DNA of 60,341 nt, the filler included, from Globobulimina sp. (Eukaryota): NCBI GenBank assembly GCA_003354225.1. It is 13 parts of 13 records of this genome, joined end to end, with 100 filler letters (N's around TTAATTAATTAA, not from the genome) between each part and the next. Parts side by side here need not be neighbours in the genome. Positions count along the whole stretch, not along the records: positions 55,796 to 60,341 come from PIVH01001137.1; 12 more parts are not named here. One strand, given 5' to 3'. Position numbers and translations under genes: made by a program. Position 1 is the first letter of the stretch. The number at the start of each line of letters is the position of its first letter. Under the pieces are notes generated by a model that did not search any database, was not told the DNA's origin, and saw nothing but the letters and a program-made list of their open reading frames with translations. Positions 57,111-60,341 of this stretch are shown here, in pieces.

Positions 57111-57671
57111 TTAATGAATTTCATTGTCTGATTCCGATAACCAATAAAAATATTTAGTAGCAGCATTTTTATCATCACTGAGTTTTCTTCTTTTTTGTGC
57201 CGGACTATGGCTGAATTGTTCCCTTTTTCTTTTACTGTTTTTATTCTCATAGTTTGATTTTAATTCTTTTAGTTTTGCGAATATTCCGTCCGTCATTTCT
57301 CTTTTTCTGCCGCATTGTCCTTTTGATCCAATTTTCGACTTAATATCTCGTAATCTGTTCGTTGATTGTTTTGCTAAAAATTCTTTGCAAACAGATGTGT
57401 TATAATTTTTTGTTAATCTTAAAACGTCACTGTAAACTGCTAAATGTTGTTGGTAGCCGTATAAGTTTACAGTAATATTTATTCCTTTTACAATTCCCAA
57501 CTTAGTGCATATTTCTTCCATTTTATTTATATCTTTAGTTTTCTCAATTGTATAATTTGTATTTGTATTTTTCTTTTTCTTCTGGCTTTTATTTTTCTTT
57601 TTGCTATGAGTCATATTATCAGAAAAATCAGAACTTGAGCCACCATCTGACTCATCAAAATTTGTTGGCAC
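57111..57671 (-). CDS. Hypothetical basic protein exon (possible remnant)
   Basis: Open frame with NLS-like Lys/Arg clusters. Upstream exons could not be resolved. Confidence 0.35.
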   Translation of the reverse strand: MPTNFDESDGGSSSDFSDNMTHSKKKNKSQKKKKNTNTNYTIEKTKDINKMEEICTKLGIVKGINITVNLYGYQQHLAVYSDVLRLTKNYNTSVCKEFLAKQSTNRLRDIKSKIGSKGQCGRKREMTDGIFAKLKELKSNYENKNSKRKREQFSHSPAQKRRKLSDDKNAATKYFYWLSESDNEIH

Positions 57672-58824
57672 TTTAAGATTTAAACCGTTTGGTATAGCGT
57701 ACCATATAATTGGTGCTGTTTTGTAAAGTATAAACGTATCATTTAACGCTGATAATTGAGTGGATAATTGTTGACATACTTTTCTTGTTGAGTTTCATGC
57801 CTAGAATAATAAAAAATGAAGCGCAAGGATATGAGGCACTTTTTTTACGGAACAGAATTGGAGAGTTTTTGCTATGTTTTATGGAACAACCATTGCGGAA
57901 ATGTCAAAGTGCAAAGTAGTGATTTCGCGGAACAGTTTTTAGAAGTTAGGAAACCAATGCGGATAATATATGCAGCTCCGCAAAATGGTTTTATTATGGC
58001 ACATAGGGCGGCGACGAAGCTTCACCGATCGATAGATTTATTATGACGGAGTCGCCTCATCGATGCATACGAATTTATTATACTACTTTAACTATATAAT
58101 AAACATGTAATAGGGGGCAATAGAGTTGCATTGTGGAGCGATAGACCCAGAGGCAAGGTAGACACAGATGAAAGAGGTCAGGGTGCAAGACGGATTGTTG
58201 CATTTTTGCCTACTTATTTTTTAATTTTTATCCTTGCACTGAATATTTTTTTGTTGGAAAATGGTGATTTTATATAAAATTTTTTTGTTGGAAAATTGTT
58301 GTTGATCTGACAATTAACTGTCAGATCTTATTCTTGCACAAACAAAATATCCTTTTCATAAATGGTCCCTTTAAAACCACTCCGTTTCATAAATATCCCT
58401 CTCGAAAACATATACAAACGATTCTTGGAGGGACCATTTATCATAAATGTCCCTCTAAAAGTACACAAAGCAAAAATACACACAAAAAAATAAAAAAAAA
58501 CTGATTGAGATTTGAACCCAAAATCACAAAAAAATGCTATGCTCTCTCGTATATACAGCATCGATAAATCGTGCTACGACACCTTGTAAAATACCGCATC
58601 GATGGATGCTTAATGCTTTTCTCTCTCTCAAATATGGCATCGATATCGGTGCTATGGCACCTCGCAAAATACCATAAAATACGACATTGATGATTCCAGA
58701 TGAATTCCAAGTGGATATACATAGATTGTAAAAAAATAGTTGTCCATACGAAATCCATTATATTAAGCTGTAGCTGTAGCGGCAGTTGCGATTATGAAAT
58801 AATTAATCTAAAATACAAAATAAC

Positions 58825-59496
58825 ATGATGAATGGGCAGATGTGTTTTGCAGGTTCATCCATTTTGAATCGCCAAATCCAAAATCAGCGAAGGATAAGAT
58901 GCTCTGTTACTGCACCACAGTGGCGTTTTGTTGTGCCAACCCCAGAATTGGAACAGAAAGGATTAACATCATCCACATTACGAGCAATTATCAATGACAT
59001 TAATGAAATGGCGGACGCTGCTTTTAGAGATAATTATAAGTCAAATTGTAGCTATTTTTTTGCATTACCTGCTGTTCTGCTTATAGTTGGTTTCATAATT
59101 TTCATTGCAGGAGGAATCAATTTAAACACAGAAGTTGTCATTTCAGGATTTATTTTATTTGGAGCGGGAATGGCTTCTTTATTTGTAGTTGGAGTAACAA
59201 TATCACGTATGTACAACAAAGCAATTCAAGTGGTAATCGACGATGTTAAACAACGGGTTGAAGTGGTACTAAACGAGCAATATCAAAATTCACATGGCAT
59301 TAGGTGGTCTGTGATTCCTCAGCAAACAATGTCAACATATGGTTCCACTTACGATAATCAACGACTGATGGTTAGGACATGGTATGATATCAATATAACC
59401 TCATTGCCAAATAATATCAACAATCAAACAAAAGCAGTGATCCCAAGACAACATTATGATGAAGGAGGTACTAATAGGCATGTAATCTACAACTAA
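58825..59496 (+). CDS. Two-TM protein with weak Erf4/GOLGA7-like features
   Basis: PELEQKGLTSSTLRAIINDINE, two TM helices, then LNEQYQNSHGIRWSV. Confidence 0.55.
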   Translation: MMNGQMCFAGSSILNRQIQNQRRIRCSVTAPQWRFVVPTPELEQKGLTSSTLRAIINDINEMADAAFRDNYKSNCSYFFALPAVLLIVGFIIFIAGGINLNTEVVISGFILFGAGMASLFVVGVTISRMYNKAIQVVIDDVKQRVEVVLNEQYQNSHGIRWSVIPQQTMSTYGSTYDNQRLMVRTWYDINITSLPNNINNQTKAVIPRQHYDEGGTNRHVIYN

Positions 59497-59966
59497 CACA
59501 CTGTAAAATTAAATTGAATAAAGTTGCTAGATAATATTTTGATATTTTGTTCTTTGAAGTAAATCGCTGAAGTGTCGTAGCCCATGATAAAACTACAGTG
59601 GTGTTCCGGATAAAACTACAGTGGTGTTATAGTTTTAAAACTGTTTGATTTAACTTCAACGCTAATCATAAACAAAGAAGATTTACATTTTTGTTCGGCT
59701 TCGAGGTCAATTAACCAACGAGAATCTGTATGTTTCTGTTGTTTCCCTCTATAAAACAACAATGCCACTAAATCTTCACAGGTAAATTGAAAGCTTTAAC
59801 ATTATATTTTTAACCTATTTTCCTTGAATTCCTTCCAAATTACACCTAGGTGGGTCTTGATTTATTGTTGTATTGAGCTTCGTGACATTTATGCACATAC
59901 ACACTACCCAACTGTGTTTTCTACTCTTAACTCACTTAAAAAACAAACCGAAAACGTTGACAGAAA

Positions 59967-60341
59967 ATGAACAATGCTGTCCGGAAAAGACGATCCCAAT
60001 TATTAGTAAGTGGATACGTTAGAAACTGTAGCACTCCATACATCCATACAGATATTATTAGTATTATTCATGCGTTCCATTATTATATTTTATTGATATT
60101 ACATTCTATTGGTAACAACAGATATGGACAACAAGGTAATGGCGGAAATGAAGACCTTGGAACAATAACAAAAATAAAAACATTTGAAAAAGAAATAAAA
60201 AATATTGTTACTTGTGATGATGCCGCATATATTTTATTTGATGATGAAACATATGAATGTTGCGGTTATAATGGATATGGTGTATTAGGTGTTGGGCATT
60301 ATAATAATATTAATATATGGCATCAAATGAAAGATATGAAA
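59967..60341 (+). CDS. RCC1-repeat protein with an N-terminal LVxGY motif; 3'-partial (not in ORF track)
   Basis: Manual translation: MNNAVRKRRSQLLVSGYVRNCSTPYIHTDIISIIHAF..HSIGNNRYGQQGNG..ECCGYNGYGVLGVG. The frame is open to the window end. Confidence 0.8.
   Translation, partial: MNNAVRKRRSQLLVSGYVRNCSTPYIHTDIISIIHAFHYYILLILHSIGNNRYGQQGNGGNEDLGTITKIKTFEKEIKNIVTCDDAAYILFDDETYECCGYNGYGVLGVGHYNNINIWHQMKDMK

Noticed and set aside
59587-59628. Direct repeat ATAAAACTACAGTGGTGTT x2 (and AAAAAGTGA repeats at about 27712-27800) as a CRISPR array
   Set aside because: Too few units, no spacers of CRISPR length, no cas genes, eukaryotic context.

Overview
This window is not one locus. It is 13 unrelated contigs of about 4.55 kb (4553 down to 4546 bp, sorted by length), joined by 100-bp N linkers that carry TTAATTAATTAA. 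The DNA is eukaryotic, AT-rich and gene-dense, uses the standard genetic code and has short GT-AG introns (mostly 50-80 bp). Gene-family style suggests a rhizarian protist, probably a foraminiferan; this is inference only. Recognisable genes include an ATXR3/SDG2-like SET methyltransferase (its catalytic exon is missing from the ORF track), DNA polymerase epsilon, TRM13, a Cid1/TUT-like nucleotidyltransferase, an SLC10 transporter, an RBR E3 ligase, a VLIG-type GTPase, a PPR protein, glycan-modifying enzymes and a microbial-type terpene synthase. The standout is contig 3 (9307-13858). It looks like an almost complete PIF/Harbinger-group DNA transposon with imperfect terminal inverted repeats. 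Its single spliced gene fuses a DDE transposase, a SWIM zinc finger and a USP (C19) deubiquitinase with intact catalytic motifs. Other notable items are a CAP-Gly/CLASP-TOG fusion, a GT47/sulfotransferase fusion, a four-unit beta-trefoil protein, a tRNA-headed SINE candidate, shuffled intergenic repeat modules shared between contigs and a bacterial receiver-domain fragment at one contig edge. All domain calls are by-eye motif recognition; no searches were run.
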